A stretch of DNA of 64,000 nt. It comes from Alphaproteobacteria bacterium. Lineage in GTDB: Bacteria; Pseudomonadota; Alphaproteobacteria; RF32; CAG-239. The translations under genes and the position numbers were made by a program. The stretch covers positions 6,467 through 70,466 of the forward strand of contig JAZRCM010000015.1 in assembly GCA_045659785.1 (NCBI GenBank), given 5' to 3'. The notes under the pieces are model-generated. The model was not told where the DNA came from. It saw only the letters and a list, made by a program, of their open reading frames with translations, and searched no databases. Below are positions 30,704-41,196 of the stretch, piece after piece (the first letter of the stretch is position 1; every line of letters starts with the position of its first letter).

Positions 30704-31729
30704 TTATACTTTTATTTTTATCTTTATCCCCAACAATGTTACAATTTTCCGTTTTCTGTCCTCGGAATATTTGACAGAAAATATCCGATTAGCAAAACGT
30801 TTTTTCGGTGGAGAAACTATATCCTTCAATCGCTTATATTCCACATAATTTATGAGTGTATTCTCATCATAGTTTTCATCTAAATATTTTTTATAATCAT
30901 ATAAATATTTGAAATTTTTCGGTTTTTGTTCGTCTTTTAACAGACCATATCTATACATAAGGCTTCCTGTTATTTTTAAATCGACAATCATTTTTTGTTC
31001 TTTGGGAAGTTGAAGATAAAAATCACTTCTATCACAGTATCTTTTTTGTTCTAAAACTTTATCCAAAGTTGGAGATGATGTCAGTGTAGAACCTTCTCTA
31101 AAGCAACGATAACAATAATAACTTTCACAAATCGTTTTAACTGTCGGATTTTTCAAAAAACATTGAACATTAAACATGCTGTCTTCTGACACAACCAAAC
31201 CTAGAGGAAACTCAATCTTTTTATTATATAAAAAATCTCTTTTATACCAATGATTCCAAACCGTATTACCTAATTTTAGAATTAAATCGGATAAAGAAAA
31301 ATTTTGATTATCCTCAAAACGATGCAACATCTCTATAAACTTCGACTCTTTTATTTGACCGTCAAAGTCTTCAAAATGTCCATACACGCATATATCTGGT
31401 TTATCGTTTTTAATGTGATTATAGATCTCTTCATAAGCATTTAATTTCAAATAATCATCGCCATCAACAAAAGTTATGTACTCCCCTCTTGCTGCTCTAA
31501 TCCCATCATTTCTAGCGGCAGAAACTCCTGCATTTTGTTTATCAATAATGGTTATTTTTCCATCTTTTTTGGCATATTCTTGCAATATTTTTAAAGAATC
31601 GTCTTTTGAACCATCATTAATACATATAATTTCAATATCTTGCAAAGTTTGATTAATAACACTATCCAAACATTGTTTTAGATATTTTTCCACATTATAA
31701 ACAGGAACGATTACAGACAATTTAGGCAT
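30704..31729 (-). CDS. Glycosyltransferase family 2
   Basis: SVIVPVYNVE, INDGSKD, GVSAARN, FVDGDD. Confidence 0.92.
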   Translation of the reverse strand: MPKLSVIVPVYNVEKYLKQCLDSVINQTLQDIEIICINDGSKDDSLKILQEYAKKDGKITIIDKQNAGVSAARNDGIRAARGEYITFVDGDDYLKLNAYEEIYNHIKNDKPDICVYGHFEDFDGQIKESKFIEMLHRFEDNQNFSLSDLILKLGNTVWNHWYKRDFLYNKKIEFPLGLVVSEDSMFNVQCFLKNPTVKTICESYYCYRCFREGSTLTSSPTLDKVLEQKRYCDRSDFYLQLPKEQKMIVDLKITGSLMYRYGLLKDEQKPKNFKYLYDYKKYLDENYDENTLINYVEYKRLKDIVSPPKKRFANRIFSVKYSEDRKRKIVTLLGIKIKIKV

Positions 31730-31906
31730 TTTACCCTCTTTATACATAATTAATTATGTATTTTTACACAAAATACCCTGAATAAGTCAAGTCATTATGT
31801 ACATATACAATGTAACATTATACATATTCTCTTATTATCATATTTTTATTGAATTTATTTTCAAATATATTATCATTTGCTCAAAGATAACCCATAAAAA
31901 AAGAAA

Positions 31907-32989
31907 ATGGAAAATTTCAAAATAAGTATAATAGTACCGGTGTATAATGCCGAAGAATATCTTAAACAATGTTTAGACAGCATTGTTAATCAAACATATA
32001 AAAATATAGAAATTATATGTATAAATGATGCTTCTACCGACAATTCTCTTTCTATTTTAAAAGAATATGAAAAAAACGACAGCAGAATAAAAGTATTATC
32101 GGGAGAACACATCGGAGCCGGAAAAGCCCGCAATTTAGGTATAGAAAAATCTACCGGTGATTATCTGTTGTTTCTTGATTGTGACGATTTCTTTGAACTC
32201 AATATGATAGAAGAAATGCTCAACAAAATCACAATTGAAAATTCTGACATTGTTGTATGTAACAGCTATGTTTTTGACAATCAAAACAACACAGATACAT
32301 TGAACGACAACAATTATAAACATGTAAAAAAATCTCCGATAAATCCGCAAGATTACCCTCAAGATTTATTTACTTTTATAGACGGTTGTGCCTGGAACAA
32401 GATATTTAAGGCATCTATCGTGAAAGAAAATGCTATTCTTTTTGAAGATTTAACTTCTTGCAACGATATAACTTTTACAGATACAATGCTTGCTTTGGCA
32501 AATTCAATCAGTTTATTAAAACAAGCCTACGTCCATTATCGAACCAACCAAAAAAACAACATTTCCGCCAATCGTGGCGACAAGGCTGTTAACGGAATTT
32601 ATGCAATAAATGCCCTTGAGAACAACTTGAAAAAACACAACCTATGGAATATTTTCTCTAAAACATTCTATCATAAGGCGAAAGGAGTGTTTTTAAATGA
32701 ACTTCTATATTGCAACGAAGAACAAAGACGACTTTTAATTGATTGCGCAAACAAAAATCTACCAAAAGAGTTGTTCGAAGTTTTTATATCTGCCCTCAAC
32801 CATAACAAGAAGAACACAAAAAAAATAAAATTATTCGGAATTATTCCCTTCGTTAAGATTATAACTAAAGGCGAGACAACAACTACTAAAATTTGGGGTA
32901 TTCCACTAGTTAAAACGAAAAAAACACCTTATAAAACAAAATTTTATTTCTGTGGAATACCGATTATTAAAGCGAGTACAAAACAATGA
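31907..32989 (+). CDS. Glycosyltransferase family 2 (copy A1)
   Basis: SIIVPVYN, INDASTD, GAGKARN, FLDCDD; C-terminal GIP repeats. Confidence 0.92.
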   Translation: MENFKISIIVPVYNAEEYLKQCLDSIVNQTYKNIEIICINDASTDNSLSILKEYEKNDSRIKVLSGEHIGAGKARNLGIEKSTGDYLLFLDCDDFFELNMIEEMLNKITIENSDIVVCNSYVFDNQNNTDTLNDNNYKHVKKSPINPQDYPQDLFTFIDGCAWNKIFKASIVKENAILFEDLTSCNDITFTDTMLALANSISLLKQAYVHYRTNQKNNISANRGDKAVNGIYAINALENNLKKHNLWNIFSKTFYHKAKGVFLNELLYCNEEQRRLLIDCANKNLPKELFEVFISALNHNKKNTKKIKLFGIIPFVKIITKGETTTTKIWGIPLVKTKKTPYKTKFYFCGIPIIKASTKQ

Positions 32990-33786
32990 AAACACCTGAA
33001 ATTAGCATAATTGTTCCTTGTTACAACCAAGAAAAATACATTGGAGAATGTCTTGATTCTGTTTTGGCTCAAACATTTGAAAATTGGGAGTGTATTGTTA
33101 TAAATGACGGTTCAACCGACAACTCGCTAAACATAATAAAAAAATACACTAAAAAAAGCGATAAAATCAAACTGCTTGACCAGAAAAACAGCAGGCTTGT
33201 AACGGCTCGTAACAATGGCATAAAAACTTCAAGCGGAAAATATATATATCCGCTAGACGGAGATGATAAAATAGCTCCTGATTGTTTGGCTAAACTATAT
33301 GAGGCAATGGAACAACAAAAAGGAGATGTTATTTTTTCTTTAGTTGACTTTTTTGGCGAAAAAACAGGTCGTTTTGAGTTAGAACTTCCGACCAAACAAA
33401 ATATGATATTTAATAACAAAGTTGTATGCTCTGCCCTCTACAAAAAATCGGATTTTGAAAAATACGGCGGATATGATATTAATATGAACAAAGGCCTTGA
33501 GGACTGGGAATTTTGGCTCAATTTTGTTGAGGATAACAAAGTTTTTTATCGTATCGACGAAGTTTTGTTTTATTATCGCAGAACAGACGGTTCTTTTATA
33601 ACAAGAATTGATAAAAAAACACAAAAACAACTGAAATCGTATATATACAAAAAACACCGAAAGTTGTTTTTAAGCAATATCCATTTGTTTATAAAGAAAT
33701 TTTTGTATCATAAAAAACAAACCGCTTCAGGCCATACAATTATAAAAATTTGCAAAATCCCAGTTTTTCGTTTTAAGAGAAACTAG
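32986..33786 (+). CDS. Glycosyltransferase family 2 (copy B1)
   Basis: SIIVPCYN, INDGSTD, PLDGDD, EDWEFW. Confidence 0.92.
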   Translation: MKTPEISIIVPCYNQEKYIGECLDSVLAQTFENWECIVINDGSTDNSLNIIKKYTKKSDKIKLLDQKNSRLVTARNNGIKTSSGKYIYPLDGDDKIAPDCLAKLYEAMEQQKGDVIFSLVDFFGEKTGRFELELPTKQNMIFNNKVVCSALYKKSDFEKYGGYDINMNKGLEDWEFWLNFVEDNKVFYRIDEVLFYYRRTDGSFITRIDKKTQKQLKSYIYKKHRKLFLSNIHLFIKKFLYHKKQTASGHTIIKICKIPVFRFKRN

Positions 33787-34072
33787 TATCCAAAACAACT
33801 TTAGATAGAGTTTCTCTTGTGTTATAACAAAAGCGTAAAAAAACTGCTCTTAACACAACCATAAATTAATAATATCGCCTTACATATATCTAAAGTAGAA
33901 TTTTATACAATCAGAAAAATATAAAAACATTTTTCAACAACCTAAAATTGATTTATTTTCAAAGACATAATACAATCTTTTGTTTAATTTAATAAATTAC
34001 ACAATTTTTTATTGAATTTATAGATAAATATTATACTATGCCTTGTATAAATTTTTATTAGGAAAAGTTGAT

Positions 34073-35158
34073 ATGAATAATAAAAAAGTCAGCATAATCG
34101 TGCCGGTTTACAATGCCGAAAATTATCTCAAACAATGTTTGGACAGCATAGTCAATCAAACATATAAAAATATTGAAATTATTTGTATTAACGATGCGTC
34201 TACCGACAATTCTCTTTCTATTTTAAAAGAATATGAAGAAAACGATAAGCGAATAAAAATATTATCCGGAGAACATATCGGAGCAGGAAAAGCCCGTAAT
34301 TTAGGCATAGAAAATTCTAATGGTGATTATCTGTTGTTTCTTGATTGTGATGATTTCTTTGAGCTTAATATGGTCGAAGAAATGTTAAACAAAATAATAA
34401 ATGAAAATTCGGACATTGCAATTTGCGAAAGTATCGTTTTTGACAATGTAAGCGGAGATATAATTAAATTAAACAACGGACTTTCTCAACATTTTACTAC
34501 ATCCCCAATCAATCCGCAAAATTATCCTGAAGATTTATTTACATATATAGATGGTTGTGCTTGGAACAAGATGTTTAAAGCAACTATGGTTAAAGAAAAC
34601 GCTGTTTTTTTCGAAGATCTAACATCTTGTAATGATGTTACCTTTACATATACAATGCTTGCTTTAGCAAAATCGATAAGTATAATAAATAAACAACTTG
34701 TACATTATCGCACCAATCAAAAAAATAATATTTCCGCTAATCGTGGAGATAAAGCAATAAATGGAATTTTTGCTGTAATAGCAATTAAAAAAAATTTAAA
34801 AACATATAATCTATATGATGTTTATAGGAATACATTTTACCGCAAAACAAAAGGTATATTTCTAAATGAACTATCATATTGTTCCCAAAAACAAAAACAA
34901 TTTTTTATTAAATCGGCAAAAAAATTCTTACCTCAAGATTTACTAAAAATATTTATGAGTGCCGTTGGTTGTAATCCACAAAAAAAATGGGAAGTTAAAC
35001 TATTTAGTATCATACCTTTTTTAACGATTACTCAAAAAGGTGCCAAAAACACCATAAATTTATGGGGGATACCTTTGTTTAAAATAAAGGTATCGTCTTA
35101 TAGAATAAAAATTTATTTTTGCGGAATACCTATTTTAAAAGCGAGCATAAAACAATGA
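34073..35158 (+). CDS. Glycosyltransferase family 2 (copy A2, paralog of 31907-32989)
   Basis: Near-identical N-terminal region to A1; ATG 34073 after AGGAAAAG. Confidence 0.92.
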   Translation: MNNKKVSIIVPVYNAENYLKQCLDSIVNQTYKNIEIICINDASTDNSLSILKEYEENDKRIKILSGEHIGAGKARNLGIENSNGDYLLFLDCDDFFELNMVEEMLNKIINENSDIAICESIVFDNVSGDIIKLNNGLSQHFTTSPINPQNYPEDLFTYIDGCAWNKMFKATMVKENAVFFEDLTSCNDVTFTYTMLALAKSISIINKQLVHYRTNQKNNISANRGDKAINGIFAVIAIKKNLKTYNLYDVYRNTFYRKTKGIFLNELSYCSQKQKQFFIKSAKKFLPQDLLKIFMSAVGCNPQKKWEVKLFSIIPFLTITQKGAKNTINLWGIPLFKIKVSSYRIKIYFCGIPILKASIKQ

Positions 35159-36879
35159 TAAAACCTGAAATAAGCATAATTATAACCTGTTACAATCACG
35201 AAAAATACATTGGAGAATGTATTGATTCTGTTTTAGATCAAACATTTAAAAATTGGGAGTGTATCGTTGTAAACGATGGTTCTACCGATAATTCTGCTAA
35301 TGTTATTGTTAAATATGCTAAAAAAAATAAAAAAATAAAAATTATAAATCAGTCTAATACAGGGGTTGTAACCGCACGTAACAACGGCATTAAAAATGCT
35401 CAAGGAAAATATATTTTTCCACTTGATGGAGATGATAAAATATCTCCGGACTGTTTAGCCAAACTATATGAAGCAATGGAACAAAAAAAAGGCGATATCA
35501 TTTTTTCGTTAGTTGACTTTTTTGGCAATATGAGCGGACGTTTTGAATTAGAACTTCCGACTAAACAAAATATGATATTTTGTAATAGAGTTGTGTGTTC
35601 TGCCCTCTATAAAAAATCAGATTTTGAAAAATATGGCGGCTATGATATTAATATGAACAAAGGATATGAAGACTGGGAATTTTGGCTCAATTTTGTTGAA
35701 GACAACAAAGTCTTTCATCGAATTGACGAGGTTCTGTTTTTCTATAGAAAAATATCCGTATCTCGTTCTACAGGCATAAATAATGCAACACGGAATATGT
35801 TAAAAAGATACATATATAAAAAACATAAAAAGCTATTTTTTTATAATCTCCATTTATTTGCATACAAATATATAAAAAATTATCTTTACTCAAAGAAAAA
35901 AAAATTAAGTAACCAAAAGATTGTTTGTATAAAGAATCCTGCTTTCGATAACATTGATAAAGTAAAATGGGGAGATTACTGGTTAGGGTTAGACCTTGCT
36001 TATGCATTAAAGCAAAAAGGATATTCCGTTGTAACTAACTATAACGGACGTTTTCATCGTAATAAGGATGCAGACATAAATATTGTCATTAGAGGGTTAT
36101 CCAAATGGAAGAATATACGTCATAAAAAAATCAATGTACTTTATATAATATCTCATCCCGACGATATAAAAAAGAACGAATTAAAGCATTATGACATAAT
36201 TATATCTGCATCTTTATCTTTTTACAATAAACTTAAAGAAAAAGGATATAACGCATATTATCTTCCGCAATTTACAAATACTGATAGATTTTATAATGAA
36301 CAAAATGATAATTACAAAAATCCAATCTTATTCATTGGTGCACCACATCACGGAATGAGGAATTCCGTAAAATATGCTTTACGTAACAAATTACCCATTT
36401 CTATATATGGACATTCTTGGGAAAAATATATTGATGAAGCATACATTAAAGATAATTATATAGATAACATGGAATTATATAAATATTACAGTAATGCTGA
36501 CATCGTTTTAAACGACACTATGCAGAATATGAAAGACGAAGGTTTTATATCCAATAGGATTTACGATGTCACCGCTTGTAAAGGTTTCTTAATTTCAGAT
36601 TATATGCCTGAAATAGAAGAAATATATGGTGATGCTATTCCTATGTATAAAAATGAACAAGAATTTGTTGAGCTAATCAGTTACTATTTAAACCATCCGG
36701 AAGAACGGAAAAAGAAAGCGGAAAAAGCTCATAAAATTACCATTCGAAAATATACAAATGAATATTTTGCAAATGAACTTAAAAATATTTTAGACAATTA
36801 TAAAAGAGATAAAAAGACAGCTATTCGTTTTTGGTTTTATGATTTGTGTCGAATATTTAAGAAAAAGAAGAAAAAATAA
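35155..36879 (+). CDS. GT2 (copy B2) fused to a C-terminal CgeB/Glyco_trans_1_2-like GT-B domain
   Basis: N-half parallels B1; C-half has WGDYW, ISHPD, YSNADIVLND, GFISNRIYDVTACKGFLISD. Confidence 0.88.
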   Translation: MIKPEISIIITCYNHEKYIGECIDSVLDQTFKNWECIVVNDGSTDNSANVIVKYAKKNKKIKIINQSNTGVVTARNNGIKNAQGKYIFPLDGDDKISPDCLAKLYEAMEQKKGDIIFSLVDFFGNMSGRFELELPTKQNMIFCNRVVCSALYKKSDFEKYGGYDINMNKGYEDWEFWLNFVEDNKVFHRIDEVLFFYRKISVSRSTGINNATRNMLKRYIYKKHKKLFFYNLHLFAYKYIKNYLYSKKKKLSNQKIVCIKNPAFDNIDKVKWGDYWLGLDLAYALKQKGYSVVTNYNGRFHRNKDADINIVIRGLSKWKNIRHKKINVLYIISHPDDIKKNELKHYDIIISASLSFYNKLKEKGYNAYYLPQFTNTDRFYNEQNDNYKNPILFIGAPHHGMRNSVKYALRNKLPISIYGHSWEKYIDEAYIKDNYIDNMELYKYYSNADIVLNDTMQNMKDEGFISNRIYDVTACKGFLISDYMPEIEEIYGDAIPMYKNEQEFVELISYYLNHPEERKKKAEKAHKITIRKYTNEYFANELKNILDNYKRDKKTAIRFWFYDLCRIFKKKKKK

Positions 36880-36902
36880 ATACTTAAAAGGAATTAAAAC
36901 TA

Positions 36903-38084
36903 ATGATACTGCCTAAAGTTTCGGTAATTATTCCTGTTTATAATGTGGAAAAATATTTAGAGGAATGTTTAGACAGTATTATCAGTCAGACATTACAAGA
37001 TATTGAAATTATATGTATTAATGATGGTTCTACAGATAATTCTTTAACAATATTGCAGAAATATGCTCAAAAAGATTTTCGTATTACCATTATTGATAAG
37101 CAAAATGAGGGGGTTTCTGCTGCCAGAAACAAAGCAATTCAAACGGCTAGAGGTAAATATATACAATTTTTAGATTCTGATGACTGTATTATTCCGAATA
37201 CTTGTGAAACATTATACAATCAATGTGAACAAAATAATTTGGATATGTTATGCTTTGGCGGATATAATTTTATAGATAACAAAGATAATGAACAGGACAC
37301 ACCATACTATTCTTTTAGATATTTACCGAAAGATTGGAATAAAGATGTTTTTAATTATACAGACTGTATTGACTTTATAAATCGTATGGCCGTAAGTGCT
37401 TGTCTTACGTTCTATAAAAAATCTTTTATAAAAAAACATAAAATAATGTTTCCTCCTCATCTTCGTTTTGAAGATAATATATTCTTTTGCAAGGCTTTGA
37501 TACGAGCTAAAAGAATAGCTATCAACAAAACAAAGTTTTATCAACGTAGACTTCACTCTGAACAAATTACACAAAATTGGGATAAACATTTCTCTGACTA
37601 TATAAAAATAACAGACATGTTATTAACAATGCTAAAAAAAGAAAATATTACTGTCGAATTATATGAAAAATATAAAAAATCATATCTGAAAAGTTGCCAA
37701 AAGATTAATAATAGGTTTGATGAAAGTACTCAAAATAAATATAACAATGAATTAAATGATTTGTTTATAAAATATAATTATTATCCGGTTATAATAAGAG
37801 AAAATAACGATATCATCGATTCAAAAAATAATTTGATAAAAGAAAAAGATTTGTTGATAAAAGAAAAAGATTTATTAGTAAAAGAAAAAGACGAAGCAAT
37901 AAAAAGCAAAGAAAATGTAATCAAAAATAAAAATATCGAAATTCAAACTTTGAAACAACAAATGTCGGATTTGTCCGGAAAGCTGAAAAAGAAAAAGCGG
38001 AAATATAAAAAATACAAAAAACTATCAATACTACTTATGGTTGTTTTGTTGTTGTATTTTCTTGCAAATATAGTTATTTGGTAA
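36903..38084 (+). CDS. Glycosyltransferase family 2 with coiled-coil and C-terminal membrane anchor
   Basis: GT2 motifs, LIKEKDL heptads, Lys-rich stretch and terminal TM helix. Confidence 0.9.
   Translation: MILPKVSVIIPVYNVEKYLEECLDSIISQTLQDIEIICINDGSTDNSLTILQKYAQKDFRITIIDKQNEGVSAARNKAIQTARGKYIQFLDSDDCIIPNTCETLYNQCEQNNLDMLCFGGYNFIDNKDNEQDTPYYSFRYLPKDWNKDVFNYTDCIDFINRMAVSACLTFYKKSFIKKHKIMFPPHLRFEDNIFFCKALIRAKRIAINKTKFYQRRLHSEQITQNWDKHFSDYIKITDMLLTMLKKENITVELYEKYKKSYLKSCQKINNRFDESTQNKYNNELNDLFIKYNYYPVIIRENNDIIDSKNNLIKEKDLLIKEKDLLVKEKDEAIKSKENVIKNKNIEIQTLKQQMSDLSGKLKKKKRKYKKYKKLSILLMVVLLLYFLANIVIW
37833..37892 (+). repeat. 21-bp tandem repeat (about 3 copies) encoding LIKEKDL heptads
   Basis: ttgataaaagaaaaagatttg / ttgataaaagaaaaagattta / ttagtaaaagaaaaagac. 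Confidence 0.7.
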
Positions 38085-38187
38085 TCTTTAGGTGATTTTT
38101 CGATAAAAATTAAACAGCCATAACAAAAAACTCCTCTGATGATTACTCAAACAGAGGAGTTTTTTTAGAGGTTTATCTTTTCTTGAA

Positions 38188-39345
38188 CTATGCAGCTTTG
38201 TTCATTTTTCTGGCTGCAAATTCGTTCATCTTTGTAATTACATAATCCAAATCTTCGTCATCTAAATACGGTGTCATTGGGATAGACAATACTGTTTTAG
38301 ACAATTTTTCACAAACAGGCAATGAACGTGTGTTCCATTGAGCATAAGCTGTTTGTGTATTTACCGGACGTGGATAATATGCACCGCAAGGAATACCGTT
38401 TTCTTTCAAATATGCCATCAATTCATCTCTGTCTTCACAATGAATTGTGTACAAAGCATAAGCAGATTCGCAATTATCCAAAATCTTTTGTTTTCCGAAA
38501 TAGTTATCCAATTCGTTGTCATAACGTTTTGCAACACGAGCTCTGTCTTTCAATTCTTGATCAAATACAGTCAATTTTTGCAACAAAACAGCGCCTTGGA
38601 AAGAGTTCATACGACCTGTCATACCCAAACGAACATTGTCATAGTGGTCTGCAGGGCTCATACCGTGAACACGGCAAGATTTTACCAATTCGTTTTCGTC
38701 ATTATCATTTGTAAATACGGCACCACCATCACCATAACAACCCAAAGGTTTTGTCGGATAGAAAGATGTTGCAGACATATCAGCGATAGAGCAAGCTTTT
38801 TTGCCTTTGTAAACAGAGCCGTAAGATTGGCAAGAGTCTGACAATACTTTCATACCATATTCTTTAGCAATCGCCATAATTTCGTCATATTCACAAGGAG
38901 AACCGAAAATATCAACCGGAATGATTGCTTTAAGATTTAATTTGCCTTCTTTCTTAACTTCTTCAATAGCACGACGCAAATCATTAACATCCATATTGAA
39001 AGTATTAGGATCTGAGTCTACAAAAATCGGAGTAGCACCCAACAATACCGGAGCTTCGGCAGATGCAACAAAGGTAAATGACGAAACAAATACGGCATCA
39101 CCCGGTTTTACACCCCAAGCCATCAATGCTAAAGTAAGAGCATCTGTACCGGAACCGCATGTTGAACAAAACTTCGTGCCTGAATAGTTGGCTAATTTTT
39201 CATCTAATTCTTTTGTTTCCGGACCTTGGCAATATGCACCATGATTCAAAATGTTTTCAAATGCTTTCAAAAATTTATCTTGTCCGATAACACTTTGAGA
39301 TGTCTTACAGTCAAACAACATAATCGGTTTATTAGGTTTACTCAT
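38188..39345 (-). CDS. DegT/DnrJ/EryC1/StrS family nucleotide-sugar aminotransferase
   Basis: SGTDALTLAL, FTFVASAE, DSCQSYG, SFYPTKPLGCYGDGG. Confidence 0.93.
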   Translation of the reverse strand: MSKPNKPIMLFDCKTSQSVIGQDKFLKAFENILNHGAYCQGPETKELDEKLANYSGTKFCSTCGSGTDALTLALMAWGVKPGDAVFVSSFTFVASAEAPVLLGATPIFVDSDPNTFNMDVNDLRRAIEEVKKEGKLNLKAIIPVDIFGSPCEYDEIMAIAKEYGMKVLSDSCQSYGSVYKGKKACSIADMSATSFYPTKPLGCYGDGGAVFTNDNDENELVKSCRVHGMSPADHYDNVRLGMTGRMNSFQGAVLLQKLTVFDQELKDRARVAKRYDNELDNYFGKQKILDNCESAYALYTIHCEDRDELMAYLKENGIPCGAYYPRPVNTQTAYAQWNTRSLPVCEKLSKTVLSIPMTPYLDDEDLDYVITKMNEFAARKMNKAA

Positions 39346-39516
39346 TATTTTATCCTCTATATTTAAATTTCAACTGCCGTGATACTATTGCAATTTAACA
39401 ACTTTGGCAAAACACAAAAAATTTCGGTATTGTAACAAATAAAATTTTATTGCCTTGAACTAAAACTATTGCTATATTACATACAATTAATAACTTTGTA
39501 CAAAGAGGATTTTACA

Positions 39517-40254
39517 TTGAAAAAACGTTATATTGCTTTGGTTACGGCAATTTCATTGATGTCGCCGGTTGCTTTAGCTTCTGACAATGACAGTTGGTTG
39601 GAAAGCTACAATCGTGCTATGTTTAATTTTAATTATCAAGTAGATAAATACACCTTAAAACCTTTGGCCAAAGGTTATCGTGCCATCACTAACCAAGATG
39701 TACGAAATCGTGTCAGCTCTTTTATAACTAACACGAAAGAACCCGTATCTTTTGCTAACCACACATTGCAAGGAAATTTCAAAAACGCATTGATTAGCGT
39801 AGGACGTTTTTTGATAAATTCAACTTTGGGCTTAGCCGGAACATTTGATGTGGCTTCCGGTTGGGGATTGAAAGGAAAACGCACCGGTTTTGATGAAACT
39901 TTGGCAACATATTGTGTGCCGGACGGGCCTTTCTTTATCGCCCCGATTTTTGGCCCTTTTACAGTGCGTGCAGCCGTAGGTTATGGTGTTGACGCTTATA
40001 CTGACCCGATATATTGGGCTGCTCTCAATGATAAGAACTATTCTGATAAAATCACTTGGGGATATTTGGGTGCTAATATCATTACTTCAAGAGAAAAAGC
40101 TCTTGATTTAGTGGAAGGTTTGGAAAAAAATTCAGTTGACTTTTATGCTGCATCAAAGTCTGCTTATTTACAAAATCGTCAAAAATTTAACAAATGTCAA
40201 ACCGTGGAAGAAACCCCTAGTTATGATTTTGATTTTGAAGACGAAGATTACTGA
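39517..40254 (+). CDS. mlaA: MlaA/VacJ family protein
   Basis: ESYNRAMFNFN, RFLINSTLGLAG.FDVA, FDETL...GP; TTG start after AGAGGA. Confidence 0.9.
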   Translation: MKKRYIALVTAISLMSPVALASDNDSWLESYNRAMFNFNYQVDKYTLKPLAKGYRAITNQDVRNRVSSFITNTKEPVSFANHTLQGNFKNALISVGRFLINSTLGLAGTFDVASGWGLKGKRTGFDETLATYCVPDGPFFIAPIFGPFTVRAAVGYGVDAYTDPIYWAALNDKNYSDKITWGYLGANIITSREKALDLVEGLEKNSVDFYAASKSAYLQNRQKFNKCQTVEETPSYDFDFEDEDY

Positions 40255-40269
40255 TTTAGGAGAAAAATA

Positions 40270-40872
40270 ATGTCTAAAAAAACTCTTTTGACTCTTATTG
40301 CCGGTTTAATGCTTTTTTGCTCAAGTGCAAAAGCCGATGTTGACGTAGCAAAAGCCGAAAGCTTTATCAAAGAAGTTACACATGAAGGTATTGTCGAAAT
40401 CATTAATGCTAAAGCAACACAAGCCGAAAAAGATGCTCGTTTTGAAAAGTTATTTAACTCAGCTCTTGATCTAAAATTCATCGGCAAGTTTGTACTCGGA
40501 CGCTATTGGAGAACCGCAACAGAAGAACAACGAGAAGAATTTATTGATGTTTATCGCAAATTAAACGTTCAAACTTGGTCAAAGCGTTTTGATGAGTTCA
40601 AAGGTAAAGAGTTCGTATTTAAGGGAACATCCCCCTCTTCCACCAAAGGACAACTCTTTGTAAACACCATTGTACCAATGGAACAAGCACAACCGGCCTC
40701 TGTAATTTGGCGTGTTAAACAAGAAGGCGATACTTTCAAAATCGTTGATATTATCATTGAAAATGTGAGCCTTGCAATTACCGCCCGCAACGAATATACC
40801 GCATTTATTAAAAAATCACCGAATGGTATAGACGGCTTGATTGCTGATTTGAAAAAGAAAATCTCCCAATAA
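40270..40872 (+). CDS. mlaC: MlaC/Ttg2D phospholipid-binding periplasmic protein
   Basis: Signal peptide, FVLGRYWR, KIVDIIIENVSL...RNEY. Confidence 0.9.
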   Translation: MSKKTLLTLIAGLMLFCSSAKADVDVAKAESFIKEVTHEGIVEIINAKATQAEKDARFEKLFNSALDLKFIGKFVLGRYWRTATEEQREEFIDVYRKLNVQTWSKRFDEFKGKEFVFKGTSPSSTKGQLFVNTIVPMEQAQPASVIWRVKQEGDTFKIVDIIIENVSLAITARNEYTAFIKKSPNGIDGLIADLKKKISQ

Positions 40873-40957
40873 ATTAAGCTTCTTCGGAGGCTTTTTTTAT
40901 TATCCGCCGTTGTAAAATTATCTCCTTTGATTATATCAAAACAAAAAGGAGAAAAAC

Positions 40958-41182
40958 ATGGGGACATTGTTTAAATATATATTTTACATTATCTTAGCCG
41001 TATTAATTTATGTTATCGGCAAAGATATTTATGACGGAAAAATAAACGAAGACACATCTGTTCTTCAAGTAGGAAATGATGTCGCGACCGGCACGAAATC
41101 AACCTTTGAAAACGGGATCAAAAAACTGGAACAAGAAATAACTTCCGTAAAAATTGAAAGTACAAAAAAAGCGGAGCAATAA
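40958..41182 (+). CDS. Small membrane protein
   Basis: AAGGAG SD, N-terminal TM helix. Confidence 0.7.
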   Translation: MGTLFKYIFYIILAVLIYVIGKDIYDGKINEDTSVLQVGNDVATGTKSTFENGIKKLEQEITSVKIESTKKAEQ

Positions 41183-41196
41183 ACTCCGCTATTTTT

